DNA of 63,910 nucleotides, counting the filler, from Cercozoa sp. M6MM (taxonomy: Eukaryota > Protista > Endomyxa: Ascetosporea), in the NCBI GenBank assembly GCA_040357565.1. It is 6 parts of 6 records of this genome, joined end to end, with 100 filler letters (N's around TTAATTAATTAA, not from the genome) between each part and the next. Parts side by side here need not be neighbours in the genome. Positions count along the whole stretch, not along the records: positions 1 to 21,716 come from JBDODJ010000190.1; 5 more parts are not named here. One strand, 5' to 3'. Positions 1 through 18,143 of the stretch are shown one piece after another (the stretch's first letter is position 1; every line of letters starts with the position of its first letter). The position numbers were made by a program, and so were the translations under genes. Below the pieces are notes generated by a model. The model did not search any database. It was not told the origin of the DNA and saw only the letters and a list, made by a program, of their open reading frames with translations.

Positions 1-50
<50 letters not shown>
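1..50. repeat. (AC)n microsatellite, in an intron of the PTC7-like gene
   Basis: Perfect AC dinucleotide run at the window start. Confidence 0.95.
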
Positions 51-53
<3 letters not shown>

Positions 54-61
54 GAGAGTGT

Positions 62-349
62 ACGGCGACGTTCGCACTGCCAGAGGAGAGTGGAAACACG
101 AGCGCCTTGTGCATCAAATCCGTTGAGAAACGGGCCGTTTTCAACAGCTACCACACACCACAGGGGCATATACAGGCACGGATACACATATACACACACG
201 GGCACACTACCTCCTGCTTGCGTCTATGGGGATCGCGGATCATCGGGGCGTTGCCCGAGACGCCGTCGGCCACGCCCACGTGGAGTGGCGACACGAAGAA
301 AGAGTCTAAGCATACACACAATACTATATATATGTGTGTGTGTGTGTGT

Positions 350-401
<52 letters not shown>

Positions 402-411
402 NNNNNNNNNN

Positions 412-467
<56 letters not shown>

Positions 468-1122
468 CAGACTACCTTGTCCAAAGTTGAGCGCCGGAAA
501 CACGAGATCACCGTCCAATAAAACGTGCGAGTACAACTGCTGCTGACCCTGCTGGTTCACACATGTGTCAGTGTATCATGTGTGCAAGTGAGCGAAGTGA
601 GTCAGAAACAGCAGAGAGAAATAGTACGAAGCCTTCGATCTCGGAAGCGTTGAGGTCCTTCTTTCCGGGACCCGCCGTGCCAAACAACGCCGTTGTCAGT
701 CGCACCGGTTGATTCTCCAGCGTCAGTCGGTACAACGTCGTCTCCTTTTTGACACAAACAGGCACTGATAAAAGGTCGGACACTAACAGAGGGGAACACA
801 AGCTTACCTTGTCGATCCCCATGGACTCGTAACCGGTCTTGTGTGTCTCCTCCGCAACCTGCGCTGCTGTACGAGTTTGCTCGGTCACCTCCAGTCGCGT
901 CTGAGTCTGTTCGACACAAACCTCACTCAGTTTGGTGACACCAGCACAAGGTTTGCCATCAACCCTCAAACAGAAGACACGAGGAAACGAGAATACATGC
1001 GTCGGCGCCGCAAAGAAGCGCGCAGACGAAGCCTGTCGCGGCAGACACTGTGACTGGCGCGACACGATGCAGCAGTGCAGCGATCGTCGCGTACGCGACA
1101 CCAAACGAAGTGAAGCCGACAT
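62..1122 (-). CDS. PPTC7: PTC7/PPTC7-type PP2C protein phosphatase, probably mitochondrial; multi-exon, 3' end outside the window
   Basis: Manual splicing gives PALNFGQ|DSFFVSPLHVGVADGVSG...ARFSTDLM, matching the PTC7 motifs G(E/Q)DxFF...GVADGV.G and FSxxLM. The N-terminus MSASLRLVSRTRRSLH is Arg/Ser-rich and acid-free, like a presequence. Confidence 0.75.
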
Positions 1123-1651
1123 GTAGTTGAACCCGTTGCAAGAAAGCGCGCGTCTGGCTCTTATTTCGAACAGTTCACAAAAGCGATCTCCAGTGCGCAG
1201 GAGCGTTCTTCAAATCGAAACCCTCGAAGCTTCCAAGCCTGAAGCTACACGACACCGCCTTTGCTTATTTCAAGCAAACGACGACAACCCTACGAAAGTG
1301 GCGCAAGCACGTGACGAAATCCGGATTCTGGGGTTGATGCTTTTTGGATGCTTTCGCGAGGGAGGTTATGAAACTGATATTCTCGCGATTCAAAAACCGT
1401 TTTGCAAAATAACACAGCACGGGAGCGACTCTGGGACACAAGACAACTAACGGAGAGCACTATGCGCGTACAGCAGAGAGAACTGCGTCGGAATTTGCGA
1501 GCGTAGATCCGACAGAGCCGGTAAAATCGTACAGATATACAGAACCGGTACAGTACTGTACTGTACTGCCGGTACGAGGGACGAGTTGCTGTAGCCGACA
1601 TTCATCTTTCTTGAAACTCGTCAGATCGGGTCATGCAAGCACTTCATGTGC

Positions 1652-6176
<4,525 letters not shown>

Positions 6177-6931
6177 AATTTAAACGCTAAACCTATTTAT
6201 GCATTGTACATGACTGTGCACTGCTGTAGAGTTGGCGAAGATTCGGATAGTCCGCGTTAATTGTGCTTTCGCCGCGCCAATAATCGGCCATGATTGTTTC
6301 GGTGATACAGAACGAAAAATTTACGTTTACTTAGTACCGTTATCGATGCGTCAGTCGGTTAAAAGCGGCCGTCGTCCACCGCCCGTTTCGGGTGGCGCCA
6401 TCCACGCCAACGCCAAGGCAACTCCCTTCGCTTTTGAAGTTCCCCAGGACATCTTCATCAAGGTTGGCACGACGACATCATATACCGTACCCATTCGAGA
6501 GTTTCGTCACGTTAGGGGCCGAACTGACGGGAAACTCATTAGTACGGGTACGGTACAGTGCGCGGCACCTGCGCTGTCATAAAAAACATAAAACCTAGCC
6601 GCGAGTCGCAGGCACGATTTCCGCGTCCACGCCGTTGAATACACAGCCACAGCACTAAACTTATTAACTGGCCCCGAGGTAGCTTTAGTTATCTATAACA
6701 TGCCTTTCAGTTTCCGACGTACGACCTATCGCGTCCACGCGGATGTATTAATAAAAGGTTTGATTCGAAGTTGTAAACTGTATTGCCGCCGTACGCTTCG
6801 GGCATCGGGTCTGTGTATGCAAGTTTTGTGTTCAGGTAGCTCATGTATTTTGCACACACACATTCGGCCAAAAATACGCGATTTTGGTCAAAGTTTGGAA
6901 GTTACCCTGACAGTGAGACGTGAGTCGCGCG

Positions 6932-9900
6932 ATGCATCCTCCGCCTCAGTCCTTTCACTCGGGGTTTTCTTCGCTGCCGGCACTTCTGTTGCCACCTGCT
7001 CGAGCAAGAAGAGCCTCTCTTGCTGATAGCGTCGAGAAGAGTCGCTTGCTTCGGCTAGAGGTCCCGCGCCTTTCCACACAGGAGTCAGAGGCTTCGCTCT
7101 CGGTTCCCGAAGAACCAAGACGGCTGAGGCAGCATGCCAGTGTCACTTCAGTGGGCGACGGGGCGATTACGCTGCTGGATGTGTTAAGTGAGGAGCAGTT
7201 TCTCACTGAAGACATGCGCGACCCTGAAGGGCCTGAAACGACAGAGGAGGCGCTGAGCATCCTGATCATGAAAAACCCCGATCGCTTTCGCCAGTACAGC
7301 TTCGTGAACTCCCTAAAAACGCAAATAGTCGCAGCTTTATTGTTCATGCTCGTGTTGCTCGTCTTCCTTGTCATCGGTTTTACGTCCTTTGAACTCGCGA
7401 TCCTGAACCGCCCGCAGTCAGATATTCCCAACCTCGGACGATCCCTTCTCGTGTTGTCTTTTGCGGCTGGGTTCTTATTTTGGTGTCTTCTTTGTTGCAT
7501 TCGACAAAGATACAACTCGACGAAGCGCGCAGCTCGACTCGCCGGTGTGACCTACACTCCACTAGAAATGGTTCGGTTTCACCTCGTACAGCGAATCGCA
7601 ATCGTCGTCTCGGTTTGTCCCGTGCTGGCAGGAACTCTTGCACTTGCGACAGACAGTGAAATCGGAGACGCCGATTCGATCACAGAGCCGTTCGCCGTCT
7701 GGCTTGCACTGCTCGCATCGTTGCTCGCCGTAAACGTGCTTTGGTCGATTCTTGCAATAAACTGGCGCACACAGACGATTGCATTTCTGGCAACAGTGTG
7801 TGCTTTGGTCGCTACACCTGCGTTCCGCGAAGGATGGGGACGAAGCTTCGCCGTGGTTTCGATCACCCTATGTGTTGTCGCGGCACTCGCTTTCCACGTG
7901 TTCGCGGTGAGCGTTACACTTAGCAACGAACGCATCAAGTTGAAAGGGTTCGTTGAAAAGAAGCTTCTCTTCGCCGAGCGCACTTCCACAAATGTGCTTC
8001 TTCGAGCGCTGCTGCCCCGACAGATTTACCTTGAACTGTCGATCTATGGTACCGTACGAAGACGACAACGCATGTCTACGGTGGCCTTTGTCAAAATTGA
8101 GACGTTCGACACATCTGGGCGTGAGCTTTTAGACACGCGGCGACAAGTGGAGTTGATCCACGCGGTTGTGGTACAACTTGACGTGCTGCTTGCCAATGAA
8201 AAGGTCGAAACTAGCGGGGTCATCAAAGTCGAACACGTCGCAAACACTTACTTACTCGCAAGTGGCTTGCTGTTGCCGAAGAGAGAAGCCTCGTGTGTAA
8301 ACCACGCAGCACGACTCTGCGAAGTGTGCCTGAGAATGTCAGTTGCCGTCAAGAAACTCGATTTAGAGGGGGCGTTTGTCACCTTGAAGGTCGGCATCCA
8401 CTCGGGCAAGACGGTTGGCACTGTGATTGGGCAAAAACGCAAGTTCTTTCGCATCTTTGGCGATGCTGTGAACATGGCCTCGCGTGTCTGTACGACAGGG
8501 ATTAGCAACACGATTCAGTGCAGTGCCGAGTGTTTTCGACTTGCCTCTAAGTGGCCACAGTTTGTGTGGAGAGGTACCTGAGACAGTTGATGTGTTTCCG
8601 ATGATTTGTAAGTATTGCTTTTTGCTCTGGGTGACAGATCGTGGCCTGGTGTGGATGAAGGGTAAAGGTAGGCAACGTGTCTACCTCATTGACCGGGATC
8701 AAAGCTTGAACAACTTTGATCGCCCCACCCTGTCGGAGCGACTTGGCAGGCGACCAAGGAGTACCTTTGAGACGAGTGGGCGTTACGAAACACGTCGAAA
8801 CATCGGTCTTGCGAATTTCGGCGAGCGTATGCTCAAGTACGAGTCGCTGGGCACTTTACTGAATCGCTCCCCAGAGTTGGTGGACTACTTGACCTCGCTG
8901 CAATTTTACGAATTTCTCAAGGAAGCGGAAAAGCGAATCGCTATGTTGACACTGCGTTTCTCGCACTTCGCTTGCCTCACTATCACCGAGAAGCTTGCTA
9001 TTGAGCGATCCTCATCGGAGATTGTCGTCAATTCCGAAGAGGAGCAGCGAAAGAAAACAGAAGCACGCGCAGCTGATAAGAACATCAGAACACACTCGTT
9101 CACAGAAGGTGTGAAGAGGGCGAGTCGACGAGCTTCGTTACAAATCGCAAAGTTATTGCACGGTAAGACCGCGCATCCTTCGATGACACGTAACATCAGT
9201 GCGGTTGTGCCGATGGAAGATACCTCCGTCGTGACTTCGGCGTCGTCAGTTTCTGAGCCTGTACGACTGCGAGTCGAGACGCCAAACCTGAGTAGCCTAC
9301 TTCCCGCACTGAAAGAAAAGCAAACCTTGCCAAAACAAAGCCACGCGCCTATGGGTACTGCGGGCGAGTCACCCGAAATTCTCATTCCGTCGGAGGCGAA
9401 GGCAGAACCGCCATCGAAAACAGCGACACGCTTAGTTAACTGGGAGGATCAGTTCCAATGGCACTTTCTCTCGCGCACGTGGAAGTGGCAATGCTTGGTC
9501 GCAGGTCTCGTCGCGCTTGCCCACATCTCGTTCATTGCATCATACGTGGTGATAGGACTTCAATTAGCTCGAGGTGATATCGACCTCGACGATGACAACG
9601 CGGTGTATTTGCGCATGACGCAAAACACGGGTGCACCATACTACGAAATCGCGGCAATCATTTTCTGCTGTTGGCACATCATCGCGTTGCTTCGATGGAA
9701 ATGGATTGATACGCAACTACAAGCTGCTGAAAGAAAGAAACTTCATACGAAACCCCAGGACTACGAGGCAACGTTGGTCGCCGGAGGGGTTGCAGCAGGC
9801 GGAGGAGTTGTTTGTGACGAAATTTCGTTGCATTGGCTGAATTTTTGGAGGTGTACGGCGCGCTTTGCACAATGGCCGATGACGTTCATTGTCTTTCTCA

Positions 9901-12727
9901 TCGTCTACAAGTCAGTCACCTTGCCGGTGGGCGGGCCAACAGAGTTGGCCGGTTTGAGCGTCGCGAGTCGCGCAGACGCACTAAGACAAATACAAATGCA
10001 GGCGACGATGCACGGCTTCCTGTCGATTCTGACGCTTTCGTTAGCGGCGCTGACTGGCTGTGCGCAGTTTCGGTTCATGGTGTTGCTTGTCGTTTCTGAT
10101 ACTGCGCTCACAGTCATGCGCGCCGTGGACGTTTTTCGCATTCTTCCACACAAACAAAGTGGCACTTCCAGCTCTCGTATGCACATCGACGACATTCTGT
10201 CTCAGCACGAGCAAGTTCAAGAGTTTCTTGTGGTGTTACCGATGACGTTTGGAGCCTTAGTGCTGCTCTGTGCTCTTGCTTACGACAAAGAGCGCGCAGT
10301 TCGACGCACGTGGATGCTGGAACGCGCGCTAACGCACAACAAGCAGCAGCTCAGCAACTTGTTGCAGAACCTGTTGCCTCCTTTCGTTCTCCGGACAATG
10401 CGTGCCTTGAAGCCAGAAAACGCAATTGACACTCTGGTGTCTGCCGAGTTCTTTGATTCCACCGTTTTTGAGAGCGATCTCGTTAACTTTACTGCAGTGT
10501 GCTCGAAGATGTCACCCATGGAGGTCGTAGACATGCTCAACACGTTGTATGTAAAGTACGACGAACTCGTCGGGAAGCACGGCATTGAGAAGATTGAAAC
10601 CATCGGCGACGCGTTCATCGCCGTGAACTTTGCCGGACCGCCTGACTCGGTGCTTGACTTTGCTCTCGACATTTTGGCCGTACATCGACAGTACAGCGAA
10701 CACGACATAGGTGCACGTATTGGCATTGCCTATGGGTGGACAATCGGGTGCAAGTTGGGGGTATCTTCCATCCGATACCACGTGTTCGGCGATGCTCTCG
10801 ATCTCGCAGTGAAGCTTGAGGAGAAGTCGGACCGAGGCAGAATCTTAGTATCGAAGACTGTTGTAGAAAACGCAACTGTGCTTTGCTCTTCGGTTGAACC
10901 AAGCTCTGGTCCAAAGCGGAAGGACAAGATCCACGTTATTGGCCCAGTCGAAGCCGAAGAGACGAGTGTTGTGCAAAAGTACATCTTTCTGCCGCACCCC
11001 ACCGAAGAAGATGCGTTTTTTTGCTTCGACCCCGACCAAATAGAGGAACTAGATGCCTTCATTGCGGAACAAGAGTCAGATAAATCAAAGCTGAGGCAAC
11101 AGGAGGGGGCGTTTCACATCAAGGTTGATGCTGAGGAAGAAGCGTCTCTCGTGCGCTCGACATCAACAATACCGCCTTTCTCGCACACAAGCTCCGTGGG
11201 AGTGCACCCGAAAGTTCCACTGACTTCTCACTTACTCTCAGTAAGCCGACCTGCAACCCCGAAATCAGCGCCAGCCGCAGAAGCTGTCTCACCGGAGACT
11301 TCAGTGTCGGGCCTTTCAGGAATGGAAGTGGACAGACCAGTATCCTCCAAGTCGGCGCAGTCAGCTCGTGAGTACTCGGCAAAGCGACGCGCTTCAATCC
11401 AGCGTCACATGAACGCTATGCTGTCAGCCCGACACCGTGTCAAGACAGGTATCGCGAGGCATGCAGGCGCTGGGCGCCCTGGTGAACCCGAAGAGCCGGA
11501 AGCGACTCGGTTACGCAGGATGTCATCGATTTCGCAGGTCCTTCGCCAAGCGCGTCGACGGCAAGGCAAAGCTGGCATGGAGTCCTCTGATTTGGCTGAA
11601 ACAGCACTGCGCCTTGATTCCCTTGTGTCAAAAAGGGAGATTGAGGAGCTATCCGTGCGGTCTCATTCCCTTGACGAAAACAAGCGACTTGAAAGAAGCA
11701 CAGCACGCTTGCGACAGGTACAGTGCCTTGATACAGGTGTCGCTAAAAATCTTCACATCCACGTTATGAAGTCTACTCACGTGTTGCGATTGGCAGGCCG
11801 CACTGCAGTTGCGAATGCGGCGCCTTGCGAGCACCGCAACCAGGAACTTGCACGCAGAAGACTTTCCGATCATTTTGCCCGCGGTAAACGGGTTGTTCAA
11901 TTTCAAAAAAGACAGCTTGAAATGTGTTCTATTTTGAAGGATGTGTTTGAGCGCGAAAAGCACGAAAGAAGGCCCTCAACACAAAAAGAGCAGCTAGAAG
12001 CTTCAAAGCGATTCGACTTTAGCGAGCTGCTGGCGGCTGCGGGATACCGCAAAGCACGGAGGTCGTTCGCTGACGTCGTTGTAGAGAAAACCAACATTTC
12101 ACTGCCGAAAAAAACGCCCGAAGGAGAGGCGGAAGAGGCCTCCGTATGTTCAATCATAGATGCAAAGAAAGTGTAAACTGGCATTCGAACATGTGCTCAG
12201 AGAGAAGACTCGTCCAAAGACGACGACGGCAACTCAACGATAGTGCGTTCACGAAACGATCAGGTAAATACACCATGAATTACTTTTATCGAGTGGGAGG
12301 GGACTTCCTTCGTTTCGTCTAGCATTGTGTGCAGTCACCACCTGCACCGGATTCTCCAAGGATAGAGGTCCCGAACTTGCTGAAAGCACTACCACCACTC
12401 GTTCCTAAGGCTTCTCCTCCCCTAGTTGGCAGCAGTTTAAGGTCTCGAAAAACGACAACTGCAGAAACAACTCGAGCGGTGGGTGCGACAGGCGAGAACG
12501 AAGCAGTCATTGAGATACGTGTTCTCAAAGAGGACGGAGCGGTGTTGACACGAGACAAGGTTCAACACGACGATGCACCGTTCTTTCGCGATTTTTCGAT
12601 GCACAGCGATACATCGATTAACGAAAGTGATGGTGGTGACTTGCACATAGAGTTGCCTGCCACCGACGCTGGCAGCAGCCAAGATGTGAACGGGGGCACA
12701 GAGTCCGAACCATCGCTGACCGACTAA
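6932..12727 (+). CDS. Membrane-bound class III nucleotidyl cyclase (TM cluster-cyclase-TM cluster-cyclase), probably guanylyl cyclase
   Basis: ORFs 6920-8581 and 8484-12176 join through intron 8574-8637 (WR-D-RGLVWMKGKG); two more introns lie near 12171-12199 and 12264-12322. Domain 1: KVEHVANTY, KVGIHSG, FGDAVNMASR. Domain 2: FESDLVNFT, KIETIGDAF, RIGIAYG, YHVFGD. A hydrophobic helix cluster precedes each domain. Confidence 0.9.
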
Positions 12728-13023
12728 CTCCGCCGGCGGAACTAAACACTGTAGATATACTAAAAAAGCCCGCAGTGAGTTCATCCCCCCAAACTGCATC
12801 CAGCATCCGGGCATACAACAAGGCATGACAGCAGCAGAACTGAAACAACATGACTGGACAAAAAAGATCATACCCAGTCACAAAAAGCGCAAGAAGAATT
12901 TTTGAGTGTTCTGTATTACTTTTACAGTGCATTGTCCCTGTGCACTGTTAGTCACCGCTACAACGCAGCTCATTGTGATTTTGTGGTCCGTGCAGCGTGA
13001 GGGCAATCCTGTGGTGGACTGCA

Positions 13024-14948
13024 ATGTCGGCCTTGCGGTGGGAGGCAATTGCTGCTGAGTTCTCTGACGACGACCTCGAGGAGCACAAGCAAGACTCCAA
13101 TGGCAAAAACAGTCACGTAACTGAGGATGATTTCATGTATGCCAGTACAGTGCAAGACTTGCTGGAGCAACGCATTCATGTGCCGGTGACTGAGGAAGTT
13201 CAACGCGTCATCGATGAAATTGTAAATCTGGTTTACCTTAATATCAATTCTCGGCATGAGTGCTGCGTCGCAGAGCGAAAAGGAGCAGGCTGAATTCGAT
13301 CGCAAAATGCGTCAAGTCACCGCGCTTCACAACGAACGCAAGCGACAGCAAATGCGGAAGCAGGTGCATATCAATTTCGTTTCTCTATACTGTGTGCATG
13401 TGTTGTATGCGTGTGTATGTGTATGCGCATGTATGTGCATGTGTTGTGTGCGTGTGTATGTGTATGCGCATGTGTGAATGTGCATGTGTGTATGTGCATG
13501 TGTGTGTATGTGTGTTTGTGTGTATTTCGCTTTATTTTGCCATGCAGAGGGAGAAGGAGCGAGTGCAACGGCACCTCCTGACCAACAGTAGCAATACAGT
13601 GTGTCAGGTGTTGCGATTCCTACCGCTGCGAGATCTTGTGGCCTGCGCAAAGGTCAGCACGCTCTGGAGGGATGAGGTATACTTGCACCTACCACCCTCT
13701 CTGATCGCACATGTAGTCTATTCTGTACGCCACCTTGTTGTGTGAAAGACGCTTGCGACGATGCGAATTCGAGGCACGCGAACGAACGGAGACAACGCTC
13801 TGCTGCGACAACTGTTATCAACGAACGTTCTCGTGCAAGGCGAGGCCCCACACAGTATTAATGGGCACTCCTTCTCTATTTTGTCCTTGCTTCTTCGACC
13901 TACTTGTTTGACCTTTTTCAGAGCGTCCACTGGGAATGTTTGGTAGTCTACCAGTCTCGATGGATATTGACGAATTTGCGCGGACGAACTGTACCTCCCA
14001 TACGCATTGCGTTAAGTTTCGTATATTTTATCCGCTTGTGGTTACAGTCTGCAAGCGAAGCGACGCATTGGGCGATTCGTTTGCGCTACAGAATGTTGTG
14101 TGCTTCAAGATGAACACGTGCCTGCGGGACAGTCTGTCGCATGTCGAGGCACTCGCAATGGCAGACGACGGCGTCGCACTCTTTCAATGGCAACGCAACC
14201 GTTCTCCTGTGCTGCTGCGACGATGGCAGTTCTCGTGTCTCTTCTCTCACTCGCGCTTCACTGCGTCTCAACTGCTGGTTGACTGTACAGTCTACCTTTC
14301 TGTTTTTCCCCCGGGCCCTATTACACTGCATGCGTCTGTATGGGTTTCATTGTAGGGACGCGACGAGTTTGCGTCCTGTTGCAAATGTTCAACCAGAATG
14401 AAATCAAAGCCGCCGCACTCTGGCTCGACGACGTTCGATCCACCCGGCGTTTCTCGCTCGAATTCACCAACGGACCGGTCAATATGGAGAGTATTCGGTT
14501 GGAGCAAAACACTGGCAGTGCGTGCAGTCGCTTCTTTCGCCTGACACTGTACCACCTGGAGACGCGCTCCGTGTGGCGACTGTTCCGCACTCCTTCTGCC
14601 AATATCGACTCGCGATATGTGTACAACATGTTGCGTTGTTTTCCCATTTCTCTGTGAGCAAGGGATGCAAAAGTCTACCCGTGTGTACATATAGCAACAA
14701 ACGTGTCTCGCTTAAGGCAGACAGGATTCGCGAGATCGGTGCAGTGTCCAACACTCAGCAGACGTGGAGTTACACGGAACAGTACGCCGTGACTGTCTCG
14801 GTACTGACCTGTTCTGGCACACAGAGCAAGCTGCGGTATTGTATGAAGAATCTAAGGATTCTTTAGAAAATCAAGCGTGACCTGTCGATCCAAATTGTCG
14901 ACGCGGAAACTCGCGATGTCTTCTCGCATGTCATCGAGTAAGTGTCTA

Positions 14949-15026
<78 letters not shown>

Positions 15027-15129
15027 AGTNNNNNNNNNNNNNNNNNNNNNNNNNNNNNNNNNNNNNNNNNNNNNNNNNNNNNNNNNNNNNNNNNNNNNNN
15101 NNNNNNNNNNNNNNNNNNNNNNNNNNNNN

Positions 15130-15167
<38 letters not shown>

Positions 15168-17705
15168 TGTGTGTGTATGTATCCGTGTGGCGTGTGTGGC
15201 GTGTTGTATGACACTGTAAGTGTAGTTTAAGTCACCGCCGTTGGGGCTCTCGAGTACCCAGCCGCGTCCACGTGGAAAGTACGCGTGTGTGGCCACTTGC
15301 ACGTCACGTGTCAGTCACACTGCAACATCGCTCTCTGCGACACACGCTTCTTGTTCCCTTGTACATGCGTTTTACTTGCCCTCTTGTTTTATCCACGTAT
15401 CCAATCGGTCGAATTCCCTCAGTGAGGGAGAGTCAGTGTGGCTGGAAGACATTGTCGGTTTGCCGGGTGTGGATGTTGAGTACCCGTACCGTTCAGCAAA
15501 GCTGCTGGCCATGCCGTCGCCCAAAACGATTGTAGTCTCGACACTGTCTTTCTTCCAATTGCACAAGCTCGAGACTGGCGAAGGTACGATACTTCTTCGT
15601 TATCCTCCTATTCTTTCACTTAAGTATGCATAGCACTGGGTGCGATGACATCAACGATGGGCTACACTGTGTTGGACATGAGTATGCGTCCGGCTGACGT
15701 GTTCCACGAGTCGCCTGCTTCGGTAGCGCCTTCCCCTATCCCACCTATCCTGAGTCTTGACCTATTCTTTTTTGGTATTGTCGTCGGCAGATACTCGGAC
15801 AGGACTTGCAAGGCGAAGAAATGACAGCGATTGCATGCGGTACCGCTTCTCTATTATCCCAGAATACCTTTTGTACTAGCTAACTCATTGTTTGGCAGAT
15901 GGCAATACTTTGATCATGCGAGATGCGTGCTCACGGCTCATTTCAGACCATGACTCTGCCGATCACGGGTGCGTTTCTGCTCCCGATTTGTTTTGTTATG
16001 ATTCGAGGAGGGTATATCTGTATATAGACTACGGAGACCGAATGGCGTTGAGTGCGTCGTGCTGCCAGTGTCGCCGCACAGTGCCGCCGTGTGGCAGGAG
16101 CTGTCACAGCAGACTACAGACAGCAGTAGATTTGCGGTGGGTGCGCGTGTTGCTGGTGAGTTGTTCGACCTGTGCAATCACTACGTCGCAGTCGCCAATG
16201 GCGAGAAGGTACGAAATATCCCTCTTTATCCCTTTCAACCCCTTTGTCTAACTCTTCACACCTGACTGAGCAGAGTGCACTGTCGCACCTCTCGGTTCAG
16301 TTGCGGGTTCTGCTGATGCGCTCGCTGCAGATTCCGTATAGCTGCAGTTTTTATGAAGTTTGATCGCTTGTGTAAGTGTCAGTGGGTCTGCTGCACAGCG
16401 ACTCGGCGGTGACAATTTACGACACTACGCAGTTTCACGTCCCTCGAGCTGTACCTTTTATTTTAGTCTTCGTGTGTTCTCTCTTTGTTTATTTTACCCG
16501 AGCATACCTTTTTCTAACTTTATTGTTTAAAGGAAATTAATATGAAAACCGAGCGTGAGAGAGAACTCTTCGTTGCCACCGTTGTTGCTGCTGTAACTCT
16601 GCCTCCTGTCTCCTTCTGACCTTTCATCCGAGCGACGTACTGACTGGCCGGCTTTCATCCAGGTCCATGCAATGGCTCATCTGTCGCGTGGCTGCAACAC
16701 ACTCATTCGTGACCAACTTGCAGTTCCTACGGATGGTATGGTTGAGAGGCACTTCACTTGCTTCTTTCCTTCTACTGATTTCGATTTGTCGTTGTTATGT
16801 TCAGCTCGGCCTGCGGTTCGCTACTCGAATGTGGTACGATACTCTTGCCTACCGCTGTATATCGTGAACTAAACTTAGACGAAATCCTTGGTGACGGCAC
16901 TGCTGCCCTTTCTGAACAAGAACGAACAGTCGCAAAATGAGGTAGCAACATGCGAGGAGGGAAGAAGGGGTGTCACTATGTCTGTGTGTATGTGGATGTA
17001 TGTGTATATGTGGGTGCAGAGACGCAATTTGCTACTGCAGAAACTGCTCATGGGCGTTCGAGATGCCTACCGCGTATCAGTTTTCACAGCAAGTGTTCTT
17101 CCTCCGTCCATTCCAATCAACTGTCCGTCTGTTTGCTGGTATCGGTAGGCGCGACTGATCGAAATCGAGCTGTGTCTGGCCCTTTCGGCGACTCGTCAAA
17201 GGGTGCGCTAGCTCTCTTTTGCTCATATTGCATTTAGATAACCTCACTCGCTGCTACCGGTAGGTGAGAGTGATGTCACCGAATGACACCATGCAGTGGC
17301 TGAACACTCAGCCGTCCGATGCCACAGCGTCGCTGAACTTGCAACTCGTGCCGTCGGACAGGGTGCGACAGACACTGTCTCGCGACTGCAGTGCCGACAC
17401 GCTGCGTTCTCTCACGCGTAATCTCAAGGTGCACTACCCTCGTGTTCTGTTGCAGTCGTGTCCTGGCACTTGTGTTTATTTATTTCGTTGTTGTTGTTGC
17501 AGTATCAGGTCACAAACCAGCACACGTCGCGCTTGTTGGCAATGTGGGGCAACAAATGTGCGTTCTCACCCCTTCACTCTCTGCTCGTTCCCGCTTAGCT
17601 GTGACTGACCTTTGTTTTGCAGACGTCGTCCCGCCTCTGAATAGCACTGTTGCAGACATACAGTCGGCCCTCCTTCGCCTCCGTTACTTCACTTCTCTCA
17701 TTTGA
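13024..17705 (+). CDS. F-box-like domain protein, about 20 exons (could be two genes)
   Basis: Exon VCQVLRFLPLRDLVACAKVSTLWRDE is an F-box signature. Exons can be chained in phase through VPRA|EINMKTERE to ...LRYFTSLI*. Confidence 0.55.
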
Positions 17706-18143
17706 CGTTTGTCAGTGAAAAGAAATAAAATAAAAGAAGCGAGTCGTCAATTAGACGAAGCGAGGGATTGATCAAATGATTCAGTTATGAAGTGAAGAAT
17801 TAACCCCAAGTGGGTTCTCGTCTTGCGTTGCGTCAAAGTAGACGAAGTTCGGTTGTCGACGGACGTGGTAAAATCGAACTCTTACCTCTTCTTTCTCTTT
17901 TGCTACTGGTCGGCCTGGGTTCATCCCCGCGGAGACTGCATAATCTGAGTCAGTCTGAAACTTAGGGGAATCGAAGCGAATTTGGTTACAGTACTGGATC
18001 TAAGTTCACGCGACGTTTTAAAAGTCGCTTTCAAAATGGTAGTCCCATCCGACATCGGACTTCCCGTGCAGCTTCACTGCCGTGCAGCCTGTTTAGGTAG
18101 CTACTAGTCGACGACTGCATCTGAATGAAAGTCAAAGAACCAG

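Noticed and set aside
90-560. Poly-CV / poly-HT ORFs throughout the ORF track
   Set aside because: Translations of intronic (GT)n/(AC)n microsatellites
6932-12176. Stop-codon reassignment (e.g. UAG as a sense codon)
   Set aside because: The long cyclase and BBS9 ORFs have no in-frame TAA/TAG/TGA, H4 ends at TAA at its conserved terminus, and all three stops are used as terminators
13840-13921. Possible GC-AG intron
   Set aside because: A canonical GT (13833) with AG (13922-23) gives the same frame; cannot be decided without RNA data
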